DNA from: a candidate division WWE3 bacterium RIFOXYD1_FULL_43_17
Lineage (GTDB): Bacteria > Patescibacteriota > WWE3 > UBA101185 > UBA10185
Reading direction: 5' to 3'
DNA: 56,170 nucleotides
Assembly: GCA_001773385.1 (NCBI GenBank)
Contig: MEWJ01000059.1
Coordinates: 1 to 56,170, forward strand
In this document: piece by piece, positions 1-10,400 of the stretch
Layout: every line of letters starts with the position of its first letter
How positions within the stretch are numbered: the first letter of the stretch is position 1
The notes under the pieces: generated by a model
Seen by the model: the letters and a program-made list of their open reading frames with translations, nothing else
Told to the model about the DNA's origin: nothing
Databases searched by the model: none
Translations under genes and position numbers: made by a program

Positions 1-62
1 CTTGTTGCTGGAGTTTTTTCTAAAAGCATCTTCACAAACCCGAACTTTTACCGTAAAATCAT

Positions 63-3000
63 TTGGTTATGGAGAACACCTCACTTTCGCACATCCTAAT
101 TAGAGGCGCGCGTCAGCATAATCTAAAAAACATAGACCTAGACATACCGAAGAATAAGATGGTTGTACTTACCGGTGTTTCCGGCTCAGGAAAGTCATCT
201 TTGGCTATGGACACCATTTATGCGGAAGGTCAGCGCAGATACGTTGAAAGTCTCTCATCTTATGCCCGTCAATTCTTGGGCGTAATGGATAAACCTGACG
301 TTGACAAAATCGACGGGCTATCGCCCGCCATTGCCATCGATCAGAAAACCACGTCAAAAAACCCCAGATCCACCGTTGGAACTATAACTGAAATTTATGA
401 TTATATGAGACTGTTGTTTGCAAGAGTAGGTCACCCCCACTGTCCTAATTGCGGAAGGGAAATTCAAAGACAGAGCTCTACCGAAATTGCACAGACAATT
501 ATTAAAATTATTTCCGAACTTAAGGATTTTAAATCAGAAAAAGGTGTGAGGTTTTTTCTATTTTCTCCTATTGTAAAAGACAGAAAAGGAGAATACTCTG
601 CCTTGTTCGACAATTTGAAAAAACAGGGAATAGTCAGGGCAAGAGTTGACGGTGACATCGTGAGTCTGAAAGAACGTTTCGATTTAATAAAAACAAATAA
701 ACACACAATTGATGGGTTAATTTCCAGACATTCGGTCAATCACAAAAAAGTAGGAGAATCGGCAGAAGCTAAAAATACTTTTTCCGACATCTTTGCGTCG
801 GTTGAAACGGCTTTGCGCCTAAGTAACGGAACCGTAATTCTAACAATAATAAAAGATCCTTCTTTCGACTTTCCTGAAAGTCCTAAAGACACCGAAGACC
901 ACATGTTGTCTGAAAACTTTGCGTGTCCTGTTTGTAATATTTCACTTCCGGAAATTGAGCCCAGAACTTTTTCCTTCAACTCGCCACACGGAGCTTGCCC
1001 TGCATGTGACGGTCTCGGTATGCAGTTAAGAGTAAACGAAGGCTCGGTTGTTAACCCCAGACTATCAATATCCGAAGGAGGTATATTGCCGTGGCAAAGA
1101 CTATTTGAGCACCAGACATGGACACAGAACGTAGTTAAAAAAGTCGCCCAGGTATATAACTTTTCACTCGATGCCCCTATAAAAGACCTTTCGAAAGACG
1201 CTATGAAAATAATTATGTATGGAGTTGGTGACAAGAGATTTAAAGTTACATACAGAGGTCAGACAGGTCACGAACATACTTATGAGGCCGGTTTTGAAGG
1301 TGTAATACCCAATTTGATAAGGCGCCATAAAGAAACCGATTCCGATTACATCAGAAATGAGATCGAGAAATTTATGATTGACGAGGAATGTCCGGTTTGT
1401 AATGGTTCGAGACTTAAGAAAGAATCTTTATCGGTAGTTATTGATTCGAAAAACATAACGGAAATTACGAGCATGTCGATTAAAGACAGCATCGAGTGGG
1501 TAAGAAAACTCGAATCTGTTCTAACAGAAAGAGAGCATAAAATTTCCGACGCGATTCTTAAGGAAATCGGTTACAGGCTTAACTTTTTGAGAGATGTTGG
1601 ATTGGACTATTTAACTCTCGCCCGGTCTTCATCTCAATTGTCGGGGGGAGAGGCACAACGAATCCGTCTGGCTTCCCAAATAGGCTCGGGTTTATCGGGA
1701 GTTTTATACGTTTTAGACGAACCTTCGGTCGGCTTGCACCAAAAAGACCAGGGAAAGCTTATACGCACACTTCACCAGCTGAGAGACCTCGGTAATACGG
1801 TTTTAGTTGTGGAGCACGACGCCGAAACAATGATAGAAAGTGATTATATTTTTGATTTCGGCCCGGGAGCCGGTTCTGAAGGCGGAAAGGTCGTGGCGGA
1901 AGGAACGCCACCTGAAATAATAAAAAACTCAAACTCACTAACAGGCAAATATCTCTCAGGAAAAATAATTGTGGGAAAGAATGACCGCAAAGGAAAGATG
2001 AAAGGCGAAATGTTTATGGATTTGGACCCTCTTCCGAAAGTAATGAAATCCATCGAGGGCAAGTCACTGGTTTTAAAGGGGTCGACCGGCAGAAATTTGA
2101 AAAACATCGATCTTTCTATCCCGTTAGGCAAATTTATTTGTATCACCGGTGTTTCCGGTTCGGGAAAATCTACCTTGATTATGGATACTTTGTATCAGGG
2201 ATTGCGTCAAAGTTTTGGAATGAAAATTGATCAGAAACCCGAGCCGTTTAAGTCTCTTGAGGGTGCGGATAATTTAACTAACATCATTGCTATCGATCAG
2301 AGTCCGATAGGAAGGACACCCAAGTCTAATCCTGCGACCTACACAAAAGTATTCGACCACATCAGAGATCTTTTCGCTCAAACCCAAGAAGCACGGGTAA
2401 GGGGTTATGGCCCGGGGCGTTTTAGCTTTAACGTTAAAGGCGGAAGATGCGAGGCTTGCGGAGGCGAAGGTCAGATTAAAATCGAAATGCAGTTTATGCC
2501 AGACGTTTATGTTAATTGCGAAGTCTGCCAGGGAAAAAGATATAACAGGGAAGCTTTGGAAATTAATTACAAAGGGAAAAATATTGCCGATGTGTTGGAT
2601 ATGACCGTCGAAGAAGGTTTGGTATTTTTTGAAAACATTCCTCAGATACGAAGAAGAGTTGAAACTTTGTTTGATGTTGGGTTGGGATACATTAAGCTGG
2701 GACAACCCGCGCCTACATTATCCGGGGGAGAAGCACAAAGGGTGAAATTATCATTAGAACTTTCTAAGCGGGCGACAGGAAGTACATTTTATATTCTCGA
2801 CGAACCGACCACCGGGCTCCACTTTGCAGATCTGGAAAATCTTATAACAATATTTAAGCGTCTCACTGCTAAAGGAAATACAGTGGTTGTTATTGAACAC
2901 AATCTGGATGTTATAGATAACTGCGATTACGTTGTGGATCTTGGTCCTGACGGCGGGGATATGGGAGGAAAAGTAATTTTTTCCGGTCCCTTAAGCGAAT

Positions 3001-3065
3001 TAAAAACACATAAAACTTCGTATACCGCCGAAGCATTGAGAGAATCACACACAGACCGGGTTTAA
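63..3065 (+). CDS. uvrA: Excinuclease ABC subunit A (UvrA)
   Basis: 1000-aa ORF. It has two Walker A boxes ([21 protein letters not shown]), two ABC signatures (LSGGEAQR) and Cys4 zinc modules (CPNCG; CPVCN..CPACDG; [14 protein letters not shown]). The ORF opens at TTG 63; ATG 69 is an equally plausible start. Confidence 0.95.
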   Translation: MVMENTSLSHILIRGARQHNLKNIDLDIPKNKMVVLTGVSGSGKSSLAMDTIYAEGQRRYVESLSSYARQFLGVMDKPDVDKIDGLSPAIAIDQKTTSKNPRSTVGTITEIYDYMRLLFARVGHPHCPNCGREIQRQSSTEIAQTIIKIISELKDFKSEKGVRFFLFSPIVKDRKGEYSALFDNLKKQGIVRARVDGDIVSLKERFDLIKTNKHTIDGLISRHSVNHKKVGESAEAKNTFSDIFASVETALRLSNGTVILTIIKDPSFDFPESPKDTEDHMLSENFACPVCNISLPEIEPRTFSFNSPHGACPACDGLGMQLRVNEGSVVNPRLSISEGGILPWQRLFEHQTWTQNVVKKVAQVYNFSLDAPIKDLSKDAMKIIMYGVGDKRFKVTYRGQTGHEHTYEAGFEGVIPNLIRRHKETDSDYIRNEIEKFMIDEECPVCNGSRLKKESLSVVIDSKNITEITSMSIKDSIEWVRKLESVLTEREHKISDAILKEIGYRLNFLRDVGLDYLTLARSSSQLSGGEAQRIRLASQIGSGLSGVLYVLDEPSVGLHQKDQGKLIRTLHQLRDLGNTVLVVEHDAETMIESDYIFDFGPGAGSEGGKVVAEGTPPEIIKNSNSLTGKYLSGKIIVGKNDRKGKMKGEMFMDLDPLPKVMKSIEGKSLVLKGSTGRNLKNIDLSIPLGKFICITGVSGSGKSTLIMDTLYQGLRQSFGMKIDQKPEPFKSLEGADNLTNIIAIDQSPIGRTPKSNPATYTKVFDHIRDLFAQTQEARVRGYGPGRFSFNVKGGRCEACGGEGQIKIEMQFMPDVYVNCEVCQGKRYNREALEINYKGKNIADVLDMTVEEGLVFFENIPQIRRRVETLFDVGLGYIKLGQPAPTLSGGEAQRVKLSLELSKRATGSTFYILDEPTTGLHFADLENLITIFKRLTAKGNTVVVIEHNLDVIDNCDYVVDLGPDGGDMGGKVIFSGPLSELKTHKTSYTAEALRESHTDRV

Positions 3066-4783
3066 AGAATCTTTACAGAGTAGGTTTTGTTACGGAAGTC
3101 CTTAATTTCTAAGTTCGTTTCCCCATTTTTTAAGTAGGCTGGTGCTTTTTGACCCGGCGCCAGAGTCTGACCCTGCAGATCGTAAATAAAATATCCGCTG
3201 GTATTATCGACAGTGTATTTACTGTAACCCTGCATAAGTTTCAAAGGATTTATGTTAACTGTTTTTCTGACGGATAGTATTGGATTGAATTCTTCGTCGG
3301 AGTTAGCGGTACCCGAAAAATCAACATCGACTAATTTTTCATCGTCAGAAAAGCTGTATGCGCCGGCGGGGTAGGGATACTCCGAGCTTTTACCTTTGAT
3401 AACAAAGGCAAAATGATTGGTGTCCAACTTAGTAAAATAATCTGTTCCCGAAGTTGTCCCCCATGTCGGGTCAATCTGAACCCAGCCGTAAAAGGGATCG
3501 TAATACTCGGCCCAGGAATGCAATGTGTCGCCCCCCTTTAAACTTATTGAAATTGGTTTTTCAACATTGTCATTTGTGAAAGCATAGCCGTTGATCTCTC
3601 TTGCCGGTATTCCCATCGCCCGGGACGTTGCCACAAAAAGATCGGTAAATTCCATACATGTGAAAGATCCGCGTTGAGTTAATGCGGCTACCGCACCTTT
3701 TCTGGTTACAGTGTTTTGATTCGCCGCTGCCTGATCGTAAGTTAGGTTCGACGAAATATAGTCATACACGCGCTTCGTGTTTTGAGAAACATTTAGGTTC
3801 GGGTCCAACAACGAGGAAGCAAAGTTTTTAATCTCGTCGTTATCAATTTCCCAATATTTCTGTTTTTTTGTGTACTCGCGCACCAGGTCTTTAGGAAGGT
3901 CCGTTATTTTTCCTCCGAAATCAGGAGTAATCTGTCTTCCTAGAATTTTGGCGGAACCGGTGAGTGTAACTTCGAGTTTGTTTTTAGGACCCACCCAAAA
4001 GAGAGCCAAAGCATTACCGTCGTCATCCAGTCTTATTTTCCTCGGCTTGGGGTCTATTGAGTCGTACCTTACCTGCTGGGTGTTTTGAATGTCCGGCGGA
4101 AGGGCAACTTCATAAACCGACCCTAAAATTCTATTATTGGTTAGCTGATACTTAATACGGAAGTTTAGGGATTGATACTTCCCAAAAGCTGCGGTCACAC
4201 CCTTAGAAGAAAAACTTTCTTTTGTGAAATAGTAATTATTTTTACCGTTCTCAAATTTTTCGGTCGCAGGTGCGGGGGACACAAATATTTTCGGTCCCAT
4301 CGAAACGGGCACCGAAAGAACTATGTTGTATACGGTGGTTGTTTCGGGGGCATCTATACCCTGTATGTAGATATTCCAGACATCTCCAATCCTGGAGGCA
4401 ATTCCCTTTGTTTTGTAAGTCATTGTAACTACGTTTTGTTTGCCCTCGCCTATGGAATAAGTAGAAAAGGGGACCGTTATAACAGTCTCATTTTTTCCGG
4501 GTGTTTCTTTGCGTGCTTCTGTTTTCTTTCCGTTGGTTTGAGCAACTATGTCGTAAATGTCTAAATACTTAGTTTTAAAAGAATAGGTAGTAGGTACCAC
4601 GTCATTTTTTAGACTGGTTATTGTGGTGTTCTGCGTGACCAGAGCTTCGCCGGAATCCTGGATATCGTACCTTATATCGTAATTGATGATGAAGTTTTCT
4701 CCTGTCTGTCCCCTTGCAATAGGGGAAAGTGAAACCATTATTGCAGCGGTTACCAGTAATTTTTTGAAAGCATTTCCGAGCAT
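3062..4783 (-). CDS. Secreted transglutaminase-like (Cys-His-Asp) domain protein
   Basis: 573-aa ORF with an N-terminal signal or TM segment (LLVTAAIMVSLSPIARG). The transglutaminase-core pattern is present: GSFTCMEFTDLF (Cys), HSWAEYY (His), QIDPTWG (Asp). Confidence 0.7.
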   Translation of the reverse strand: MLGNAFKKLLVTAAIMVSLSPIARGQTGENFIINYDIRYDIQDSGEALVTQNTTITSLKNDVVPTTYSFKTKYLDIYDIVAQTNGKKTEARKETPGKNETVITVPFSTYSIGEGKQNVVTMTYKTKGIASRIGDVWNIYIQGIDAPETTTVYNIVLSVPVSMGPKIFVSPAPATEKFENGKNNYYFTKESFSSKGVTAAFGKYQSLNFRIKYQLTNNRILGSVYEVALPPDIQNTQQVRYDSIDPKPRKIRLDDDGNALALFWVGPKNKLEVTLTGSAKILGRQITPDFGGKITDLPKDLVREYTKKQKYWEIDNDEIKNFASSLLDPNLNVSQNTKRVYDYISSNLTYDQAAANQNTVTRKGAVAALTQRGSFTCMEFTDLFVATSRAMGIPAREINGYAFTNDNVEKPISISLKGGDTLHSWAEYYDPFYGWVQIDPTWGTTSGTDYFTKLDTNHFAFVIKGKSSEYPYPAGAYSFSDDEKLVDVDFSGTANSDEEFNPILSVRKTVNINPLKLMQGYSKYTVDNTSGYFIYDLQGQTLAPGQKAPAYLKNGETNLEIKDFRNKTYSVKIL

Positions 4784-6161
4784 GGGTAAATGCTACAATA
4801 ACTTCGTGGTTTCCTCAAATCTAAAAGCAAAACTAGGAAATCTGCCAACAACCCCGGGTGTCTATATTTATGAGGACGCCCAAGGTGAAATTATTTACGT
4901 GGGTAAGGCGAAAAACCTAAAATCACGGGTATCTTCCTATTTCCGTCTAACCCTGGATAGAACCTCTAAAACCTTCGCGCTGGTTTCAAATATAAACGAC
5001 ATGCGGATTATCGAAGTCGAAAGCGAGTTGGAAGCCCTGATACTTGAGGCCGAACTGATAAAGAAACACATGCCTCAATTTAATATCAGTTTGAAAGACG
5101 ACAAATCCTATTTATACCTGGGGATAAGATCGGAGAAAGTCGATGTAGATGGAAAGCTGACTAACGTGCAGAAGGTCGCGACATTCAGAAAACCGGACAC
5201 CTTTAGGTATCAGTACTATTACGGTCCCTTTCCGGACGGAGGTTCGGTAAAGAAGTTGGTGAGAACCCTGCGTAAAATATTTCCTTTCCGTGACTGCAGT
5301 ACTAATAAATACAACAAATACAAAAAGTTAAAGACGCCCTGTTTGTACGGTCACCTAAACTTATGCCCGGCGCCCTGTGTAAACGGCACTCCCGTCTTAC
5401 CCGTATACAAAAGTAATATAAGGACAATAAACAGCATCTTATCGGGGAAGACCTCAAAACTTATCAATGCGATGGAAAAGCAAATGAAAGGATATTCAAC
5501 GTCGGAAAACTACGAAAAGGCCGCAACAATAAGGGATACTCTGCAAAAATTCCGCTACGTGAGGCAAAGTTTCCGTTTGCCGGGGGAATACATCGAAAAT
5601 CCTTATTTGCTGGATGATTTGGCGCGGTCTGCACTGGAAAACCTGTTGAAAATAGTGCCCGTACTTAAGCAACTGCCTACCAGAATAGAGTGTTACGATA
5701 TTTCAAACATATCCGGTAAAGAAGCCGTGGGTTCTATGGTCACCGCAATAAACGGAAGAATAGACAAAAGGGAGTACAAAAGATTTAGGATAAAAGCAAA
5801 AAGTACACCGGACGATTTTTTCATGCTCTACGAAGTTTTGTTCAGGAGGCTTTTACATGAGACCGACCCCAAGAGAAAAAGTTGGGGGCTCCCGTCTCTC
5901 ATTGTCTTGGACGGGGGAAAAGGACAGCTCTCTTCAGGAATGGAAGTCATGACCAGACTGAATTTAGATATCCCAATGATAGGCTTGGCAAAAAAGGAAG
6001 AAACGGTTGTGTATTACGACAATGGTTTTCACGAGATTGTTCCCGGTACGGACAATCCTGGCATGAGGCTTTTAATTAACCTGAGAGATGAAAGTCACCG
6101 GTTCGCTCAGAAATACCACCATATGCTTAGAAGCAGGAAAATCTTTGGTCCGGCCAAATAA
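4782..6161 (+). CDS. uvrC: Excinuclease ABC subunit C (UvrC), short form without the C-terminal (HhH)2 domain
   Basis: GIY-YIG motif (GVYIYEDAQGEIIYVGKAKNLKSRV) and the C-terminal endonuclease region (LIVLDGGKGQL, RDESHRFA). I placed the start at ATG 4782 (Met34 of the tracked ORF), because the upstream extension is antisense to the neighbouring gene. Confidence 0.9.
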   Translation: MGKCYNNFVVSSNLKAKLGNLPTTPGVYIYEDAQGEIIYVGKAKNLKSRVSSYFRLTLDRTSKTFALVSNINDMRIIEVESELEALILEAELIKKHMPQFNISLKDDKSYLYLGIRSEKVDVDGKLTNVQKVATFRKPDTFRYQYYYGPFPDGGSVKKLVRTLRKIFPFRDCSTNKYNKYKKLKTPCLYGHLNLCPAPCVNGTPVLPVYKSNIRTINSILSGKTSKLINAMEKQMKGYSTSENYEKAATIRDTLQKFRYVRQSFRLPGEYIENPYLLDDLARSALENLLKIVPVLKQLPTRIECYDISNISGKEAVGSMVTAINGRIDKREYKRFRIKAKSTPDDFFMLYEVLFRRLLHETDPKRKSWGLPSLIVLDGGKGQLSSGMEVMTRLNLDIPMIGLAKKEETVVYYDNGFHEIVPGTDNPGMRLLINLRDESHRFAQKYHHMLRSRKIFGPAK

Positions 6162-6179
6162 AACGCTATAATTTAAGGC

Positions 6180-6590
6180 ATGAGGGGTATTATAAGGACT
6201 TTTACATTTGTTTTGATATCTATTTTTTCCACTAACTACGTTTTAACATCCCTGTTTTTTGCCGGCGATACTAAAACCTTTTTGGTAATTGCTGTCGCGC
6301 TCACGCTTTTGTACTATCTGGGTAAGCCCTTACTGGCTACTTTCGGATTGCCCACCCGGGGAATAGGATTTTTATTTATTGCTACGATTTTAACAACGCT
6401 TACCCTCTACGTTCTTACCATCTTTTTACCCGAATTTACGATAATGGAGACCACTTTGTCGGATTTGATTATTTTCGGCTTTATGCTACCATCGAAAAGC
6501 CTGACAGCCTTTTGGTCTGCCCTATTTTCTGCCTTTATCATTTCTATGGTATATACTTTCTTTGAGTGGCTCTGCGCCTCCAAAAAATAA
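6180..6590 (+). CDS. Four-TM membrane protein, holin-family-IV-like (PF04020-like)
   Basis: 136-aa hydrophobic ORF. The segment GKPLLATFGLPTRGIGFLFIATILTTLTLYVL resembles the conserved core of that family. Called by eye only. Confidence 0.45.
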   Translation: MRGIIRTFTFVLISIFSTNYVLTSLFFAGDTKTFLVIAVALTLLYYLGKPLLATFGLPTRGIGFLFIATILTTLTLYVLTIFLPEFTIMETTLSDLIIFGFMLPSKSLTAFWSALFSAFIISMVYTFFEWLCASKK

Positions 6591-6591
6591 T

Positions 6592-6810
6592 ATGATAGCA
6601 ATACTTAAAACAACGCAGGTTATAATTTCGGTCATCATCGTCTGCCTAATCCTTATACAAACTAAGAACGCCGGTCTGTCTTCGGGGATAAAGAACTCGT
6701 TCACAGCTTACAGATCATTGCGCGGTGTTGAAAAGGCAGTATTCATTTTGACTGCGGTACTCGGAGTTCTTCTTGTAGCAAATTCGTTTTTGCTAATTAA
6801 ACTTTCCTGA
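6592..6810 (+). CDS. secG: Preprotein translocase subunit SecG (probable)
   Basis: 72 aa from ATG 6592. Two TM helices are separated by a Gly/Ser loop (LILIQTKNAGLSSGIK), which is the typical SecG layout. It ends at TGA, 1 nt before the murA ATG. Confidence 0.6.
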   Translation: MIAILKTTQVIISVIIVCLILIQTKNAGLSSGIKNSFTAYRSLRGVEKAVFILTAVLGVLLVANSFLLIKLS

Positions 6811-6811
6811 T

Positions 6812-8143
6812 ATGAGCACCGTTATAATTGAAGGTGGTTTTCCTCTGCTGGGTACCGTTCAGGTTTCCGGTACGAGAAATTCAGCTTTAAAACTCATGTC
6901 TGCGGCGATGTTTTCCAACGACGACGTAATTCTTCAGAACGTCCCAAAAATTGACGCAGTTGAAGATGATATAAAAATGATCCGTGTTCTGGGAGGAAAA
7001 GCTGACTGGGCAGGTGCAGGAAGGCTAATTCTCAACGGCTCCGGCATCACTTCCCACGAGTTACCTCTCGAGATGGGGTCGAGGTACAGGACATCCTTGC
7101 TCATGGCACCTCCTCTGCTTTTCAGGTTCGGAAGGGCATCTATTCCAAAATACAAAACACGTTCAACTGTCCCACGACCTGTAAACAGAATTTTAGAAGT
7201 GTGGAAAAGCATGGGTATTACAGTTGAAGAAGATGAGGACTATTATTTTATTTCCTCAGCAAATGCGGTTGCAGGTCATGTAAATTTTAAAATTCCCAGT
7301 CACATGTCAACAGATGCCCTTATTATGACCGCATCGTTTCTCCCGGGGGAGACTGAAATTAATAATGCTTCCGAAGAATGTGAGATAGATGATCTCATAG
7401 ATCTTATAAATGCGATGGGCGGGGATGTAGTTCGCACGGAACCGCGCGTTATAAAAATAAAAGGTGTGAATGTTTTTAAGGGGGCAATGATGGAAGTGCA
7501 ACCTGACAAGACTGAAGCCGTGATATTTTCAATTGCCACTTTAATCACTAAAGGAAATGTGGTCATCAAGAACATTAACAGGAATGTTATGGTTCCCATG
7601 GTAAATTTTCTTACTAAGATTGGGGCCAGATATGAATTTGAACAAAACGCCATTAAAATTTGGAGGCATGACGAAGAGTTGCAGGCCACTAATCTCACTA
7701 TTGCACCTACTCCGGGATTTGTACCGGACTGGCAATCTGCTGCTACTCTTCTTCTCACTCAATGCACCGGAACGGGATTTGTGCACGATACTGTGTACAC
7801 AGACCGGTTCGGTTACATCAAAGACCTAAATAGAATGGGTGCAAAAATAGAGTTACTAAAGCCGTCCGAAGCAGGTTTTGTACCAACTGTAAGTGACGAC
7901 GCCTACGACATCGAAAGACTGGGTGAGCCCTACACAGTTGCAAAAACCAACGGTCCTGTAAAATTAAAGGGAGAAAATATGAACATTACAGATTTCAGGT
8001 ATGGGGCGGTTCATGTTCTGGCTGCACTCGTTGCTGAAGGCAAAAGTGAGATAGAAGGAACGGACGTTCTTGATTGTTACATTGAAAATTTTACGACGAA
8101 GCTTAAAAATTTAGGAGCGAGGATATCTGACCAATGGGAATAA
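6812..8143 (+). CDS. murA: UDP-N-acetylglucosamine 1-carboxyvinyltransferase family protein (MurA-like) with a divergent active-site loop
   Basis: 443 aa, collinear by eye with E. coli MurA. Conserved elements: GTRNSALK N-terminus, RPV, FVPDWQSA (Asp305 equivalent), TDFRYG (Arg397 equivalent). It heads the mraY-ftsW-murG cluster. Confidence 0.8.
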   Translation: MSTVIIEGGFPLLGTVQVSGTRNSALKLMSAAMFSNDDVILQNVPKIDAVEDDIKMIRVLGGKADWAGAGRLILNGSGITSHELPLEMGSRYRTSLLMAPPLLFRFGRASIPKYKTRSTVPRPVNRILEVWKSMGITVEEDEDYYFISSANAVAGHVNFKIPSHMSTDALIMTASFLPGETEINNASEECEIDDLIDLINAMGGDVVRTEPRVIKIKGVNVFKGAMMEVQPDKTEAVIFSIATLITKGNVVIKNINRNVMVPMVNFLTKIGARYEFEQNAIKIWRHDEELQATNLTIAPTPGFVPDWQSAATLLLTQCTGTGFVHDTVYTDRFGYIKDLNRMGAKIELLKPSEAGFVPTVSDDAYDIERLGEPYTVAKTNGPVKLKGENMNITDFRYGAVHVLAALVAEGKSEIEGTDVLDCYIENFTTKLKNLGARISDQWE

Positions 8144-9228
8144 TGTTGGATCTACTATTTTTATTTGCAGCAGGTTTATTGTCTTTCTTTTTGTATCCGA
8201 TATGGATAAATTTTGTTTATAAATTCCAAATGGGAGAAGAAGTACGCGAGGACGCTCCGAAAACTCATTTACTCAAGATGGGGACACCCACAATGGGAGG
8301 GCTGGTTCTTGTTTCGGTTGTCGCAGTTCTAACTTTATTGTTCAACCGGTCCCGCACACAAACATTATTGCCGATATTTGTGGCTCTTATTGCCGGGTTA
8401 TTAGGTCTTTTCGAAGATTTTACAAAGGTTTATAGAAAATCAGGACTCCCCGGATTTTTTGAATATCACTTTAGGGGATTGTTTAAAAAGAAAAACACCG
8501 CACCGAGAGGCCTGTTGGCCGTAATTTTAAAACCCTGGCAGTATTTTAAAGAATTTTGGCGTGTAGTAGGAAGTACTGACGCGAGTGGAATGCAGACATA
8601 CAAAAAATTTATCGTGCAGGGTTTGATCGGCGGTTTTGTCGCTTACTGGGTGTATTTTAAGCTAGGGTGGGATTATCTCTGGTTTCCCTTGATAGGAGAC
8701 GTTCACATAGGTTTCTTATACCCGATTGTTGTTTTCCTGCTATTTATCGTAATCCTGAATGCCGTAGCTTTCAGTGATGGGCTCGACGGTTTGGCAGGAG
8801 GGCTTTCACTGTTTGCGTTCATTTCTTTTTGGCTAGTGTCCCGTGTATTGGAGTACAACTCTATTGCAATCTTTTGTGCCACTTTCGTAGGCGCACTCCT
8901 TCCTTTTTTATACTTTAACGTTTACCCCGCGAGGATATTTATGGGCAACGTAGGCTCTCACGTTTTGGGGGGAACTCTTGCGCTGTTAGCTGTTTTTCTG
9001 CACAGGGAAGTAGCTTTTCTAATAATAGGTGCAGTATTTTTGTTTGACGGAATAAGTAGCCCTCTTCAGCAGCTTTCGGTAAAAATTACTAAGAAAAGAT
9101 TGTTCAGGTTTGCTCCCGTCCACCACCATTTTGAATTGCTCGGGTGGCCCGAGACAAAAGTAACTTTTAGATTTTGGTTATTTGGAGCCTTCTCGGCTTT
9201 CGCCGGTATTTTCATTGCGTTAATGTAA
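8134..9228 (+). CDS. mraY: Phospho-N-acetylmuramoyl-pentapeptide transferase (MraY)
   Basis: 364-aa polytopic ORF with MGTPTMGG, the SDGLDGLAGG motif and the C-terminal APVHHHFEL motif. Confidence 0.9.
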   Translation: MGIMLDLLFLFAAGLLSFFLYPIWINFVYKFQMGEEVREDAPKTHLLKMGTPTMGGLVLVSVVAVLTLLFNRSRTQTLLPIFVALIAGLLGLFEDFTKVYRKSGLPGFFEYHFRGLFKKKNTAPRGLLAVILKPWQYFKEFWRVVGSTDASGMQTYKKFIVQGLIGGFVAYWVYFKLGWDYLWFPLIGDVHIGFLYPIVVFLLFIVILNAVAFSDGLDGLAGGLSLFAFISFWLVSRVLEYNSIAIFCATFVGALLPFLYFNVYPARIFMGNVGSHVLGGTLALLAVFLHREVAFLIIGAVFLFDGISSPLQQLSVKITKKRLFRFAPVHHHFELLGWPETKVTFRFWLFGAFSAFAGIFIALM

Positions 9229-9233
9229 GAGTT

Positions 9234-10400
9234 ATGAAACCAAAAACTGTCCCTACATTGAGTAAAAAAGACAGATCTTTCGTATTCCTGATACTCGGGT
9301 TTCTGCTTTTTGGAATTATTATTATTGCCGACTCTACGATCATCCACTCTGATAGCCTATACAACGACCCGTACAGATTCGTATTTTTGCAGGTTGGTTG
9401 GGTTCTCATGGGTTTGGCGGGATTCTTTTTCTTTTATAACCGGGATTACAAAAAAATGGACAAGATTGCAGGTCTGATGTTTGGTGTGAACATACTTTTT
9501 CTTATTGTGTTAGCTTTTGTAGCTCTTCTCCCGTGTTCCTCGGATGTTTTTTTCGCGCCCTGCATAAACGGTGCTAACAGGTGGTTCTATCTTAACGCGC
9601 CCCCTCTTCCGAAACTTCCATTACTGGGAGTGGTCGGTTTTCAGCCGGGAGAGTTGGCCAAGCTTACGCTAATAATGTATCTGGGTATAATGCTCCCTAA
9701 AAAATTGCAGGAAAATAAAAGCGTTTTTAGTATATATGCGGTAGTAACGGGATTGCTTTTCCTTCTTGTCATCGCCCAGCCTAACATGTCCACGGCAGTG
9801 ATGGTTGCCGCTATCGGAACAATTGTTTACTTTTCTTCAGGGGCGCCCGTTAAACCTTTACTGGTTGTTGTTCCCGTAGCTTTGTTGCTGGGTGTTTTAC
9901 TAATACTCAGTTCTCCGTATAGAAAAGAAAGGTTTCTTACACAACTAAAAGGTTTTGATAACAACGACCGCAGCGAGGGTTACCATATAAAACAAATTCA
10001 GATCGCTTTGGGGTCCGGTGGGTTTTTCGGGGTGGGTTTAGGTCAGTCGCGCCAAAAGTACTATTATCTACCCGAAGTCGCTTCGGACTCAATATTCGCA
10101 ATAATAGGGGAGGAGTTCGGTTTTTTAGGAACTGCGCTGGTAATTGTGGCTTTTTCCTATTTAATATACAGAGGGTTTGAGATAGCCAAAAACGCTAAAA
10201 CATTGAGAGGTAGGCTTCTGGCATCCGGTATAACCTCGTGGATTGGCCTTCAATTTTTCGTGAATATCGGTGCAATGACACAATTACTACCTTTGACCGG
10301 CGTCCCAATACCTTTAATATCTTACGGCGGCTCAAGTATGGTTTTCAGTTTGATGGGATTGGGTATTTTGGCTAATATTGGTAAGGAGACCGCAAAATGA
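9234..10400 (+). CDS. ftsW: SEDS-family peptidoglycan glycosyltransferase FtsW
   Basis: Polytopic ORF with the SEDS motifs QPGELAKL, PEVASDSIFAIIGEEFGF and TGVPIPLISYGGSS. The start is taken at ATG 9234, after the mraY stop. Confidence 0.85.
   Translation: MKPKTVPTLSKKDRSFVFLILGFLLFGIIIIADSTIIHSDSLYNDPYRFVFLQVGWVLMGLAGFFFFYNRDYKKMDKIAGLMFGVNILFLIVLAFVALLPCSSDVFFAPCINGANRWFYLNAPPLPKLPLLGVVGFQPGELAKLTLIMYLGIMLPKKLQENKSVFSIYAVVTGLLFLLVIAQPNMSTAVMVAAIGTIVYFSSGAPVKPLLVVVPVALLLGVLLILSSPYRKERFLTQLKGFDNNDRSEGYHIKQIQIALGSGGFFGVGLGQSRQKYYYLPEVASDSIFAIIGEEFGFLGTALVIVAFSYLIYRGFEIAKNAKTLRGRLLASGITSWIGLQFFVNIGAMTQLLPLTGVPIPLISYGGSSMVFSLMGLGILANIGKETAK

Noticed and set aside
6808-6814. Possible alternative genetic code (UGA read as Gly or Trp), as occurs in some candidate phyla.
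   Set aside because: TGA terminates secG 1 nt before the murA ATG, and also ends polX and other genes at their expected lengths. No conserved protein shows an in-frame TGA, so the standard bacterial code applies.
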